Of a DNA stretch of 64,000 nucleotides, positions 62,654-64,000 are shown piece after piece (the stretch's first letter is position 1; each line of letters starts with the position of its first letter). Below the pieces are notes generated by a model. That model was not told where the DNA came from, did no database searches, and was given only the letters and a program-made list of their open reading frames with translations. The stretch is from Candidatus Thorarchaeota archaeon (GTDB lineage: Archaea > Asgardarchaeota > Thorarchaeia > Thorarchaeales > Thorarchaeaceae): NCBI GenBank assembly GCA_004524445.1, contig SDNP01000002.1, positions 83,285-147,284 of the forward strand. Reading direction: 5' to 3'. The translations under genes and the position numbers were made by a program.

Positions 62654-63579
62654 TGCATGACCTCCCTATACGCATCCTCCAACGTGCTGGCTTGGTTAAC
62701 AGCATAGATTTCGATATTCAGTCCCTTTGCCACGGCTTTAACATCAGATTCAACCTTCTCTCTATTGCCTTGTTGAATTTCCACTGTTATTGTATTAGTG
62801 CCACTTAGCACGCAATCGTGTACACCCCTCATATTCCGCACCGCATTCAATAGCGCACGAGGATCAGAGGTGACTATTCGATACGAGTGTGCAGTACGTT
62901 TCCTGACGATGTCCAACATTTTACCCTTTTCAATCACCCTCCCATCTTTAATGAAGGCCACATCATGGCAGGCACGTTCAAGTTCAGAGAGAATATGCGA
63001 TGAGATGAAGAATGATGTTCCCCTTTCATGATTCAACTCCATCACTAGTTGTAGAATCTCACTTCTTCCTGTTACATCCAAGTTTGAGGTTGGTTCATCG
63101 AGAAACACCAGTTCGGGATTGCCAAGGAGAGCTTGGGCAATGCCCAAACGTTGATGCATGCCAGCTGAAAGCGCCCCAATTTTTCTGTTTCCTTCTTGAT
63201 CTAAGCCAACTGCTACAAGAAGGTCCTTGGGCGCCTGGGGGTTCTTAAACAGCCTCTTGATATGAATCAAGAACCCAAGAGCGGTCATATGTTTTGGGAA
63301 TGACGGGTTCTCATGTAATATGCCTATTCTTCGACGAATTTCAATGCTCTTCTCAGATACGTCCAATCCGAAAACTTCAGCAGTCCCAGAATCAGCTTTA
63401 AGGAGACCCAAAAGGATTCGTAGGAGTGTCGTTTTCCCTGCTCCATTTGGGCCCACGAGTCCAAAGATGCCCGGATTCACTTCAATGCTAAACCCCTCAA
63501 GAGCTTGAGTTCCATTGAATTCTTTATTCAAATTCTCGGTCATAATTAATGGCAGTCCCATCTCTCTGAAATCTCCCAC
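62650..63579 (-). CDS. ABC exporter ATP-binding protein
   Basis: GPNGAGKTT, LSAGMHQR, LDEPT and SSHIL. Confidence 0.93.
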   Translation of the reverse strand: MGDFREMGLPLIMTENLNKEFNGTQALEGFSIEVNPGIFGLVGPNGAGKTTLLRILLGLLKADSGTAEVFGLDVSEKSIEIRRRIGILHENPSFPKHMTALGFLIHIKRLFKNPQAPKDLLVAVGLDQEGNRKIGALSAGMHQRLGIAQALLGNPELVFLDEPTSNLDVTGRSEILQLVMELNHERGTSFFISSHILSELERACHDVAFIKDGRVIEKGKMLDIVRKRTAHSYRIVTSDPRALLNAVRNMRGVHDCVLSGTNTITVEIQQGNREKVESDVKAVAKGLNIEIYAVNQASTLEDAYREVMQ

Positions 63580-63811
63580 TAATATACACTGGTATTGTCG
63601 TGTTTAAATTCTTCTTCAATTTCAAAGCCGACGATTGGTTTTCCAGTTCATTCCAAAAGCTTTAAACAATGATAGCACCGTGCCGAATTGATACGCTTTG
63701 AAATGGAGTACCGAGCTTAACAGTGCAAATGCGGTTGTCATAGCAAATGACACCAAATTAGAATTGTTGATTTACGGCAGAGCCGAGAAGCCAATCAGAT
63801 AGGTGTTAGAG

Positions 63812-64000
63812 ATGTCAGAAGACGAGAAGACAGAGGCGGAGAACGAGGCTGCTGAGGAAGAAGATGCCGTTGAGGAAGAGAAAGAACCTGAGAAACCACA
63901 CATTCCCCCTGACTTATTATTATTCAACAAATGGGACTCTACTGCAGTAGAATTGAAAGACCCCGGGCTTGTGAGATACATCTCTCTAAAACCAGTGATA
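63812..64000 (+). CDS. rps7: 30S ribosomal protein uS7 (5' part, with acidic N-terminal extension)
   Basis: Own translation MSEDEKTEAENEAAEEEDAVEEEKEPEKPHIPPDLLLFNKWDSTAVELKDPGLVRYISLKPV. LF.KW..V...DPGL..YI.L is the archaeal/eukaryotic uS7 N-terminus. Confidence 0.9.
   Translation, partial: MSEDEKTEAENEAAEEEDAVEEEKEPEKPHIPPDLLLFNKWDSTAVELKDPGLVRYISLKPVI

Overview
Archaeal chromosome segment, most likely Asgard and possibly Thorarchaeia-like. That placement is an inference from gene content: undivided Rpo2, split Rpo1N/Rpo1C, GatDE, PAN, TFE, aMBF1 and intron-rich tRNAs. The right two thirds are mostly housekeeping: pan, rpiA, endA, mtnA, tfe, pgk, gatDE, an ECF transporter, and the rpoB-rpoA1-rpoA2-rpl30e-nusA-rps12 operon, with a 5.9 kb accessory insert before rps7. 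There are nine tRNAs, seven with BHB introns and four of those at non-canonical positions. The left third looks like the replication-origin region but has no orc1/cdc6 gene. It holds an inverted ORB pair around an AT-rich core (5954-6120), bracketed by perfect 16-bp palindromes and next to a Cas2-like small gene. A second ORB (1841-1862) sits in a TGTGAAT heptamer array in front of a winged-helix gene. The most striking signal is 15 tandem arrays of a 9-bp quasi-palindrome (NGTAWTACA) between 5.9 and 20.7 kb, several inside unrelated coding sequences. They bracket an operon encoding an ExeA/TnsC-like AAA+ ATPase and a small ribbon-helix-helix protein. This is a candidate undescribed origin-proximal centromere/partition (or origin-organising) system that uses an AAA+ ATPase instead of ParA. 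All motif counts were read by eye and no searches were run.
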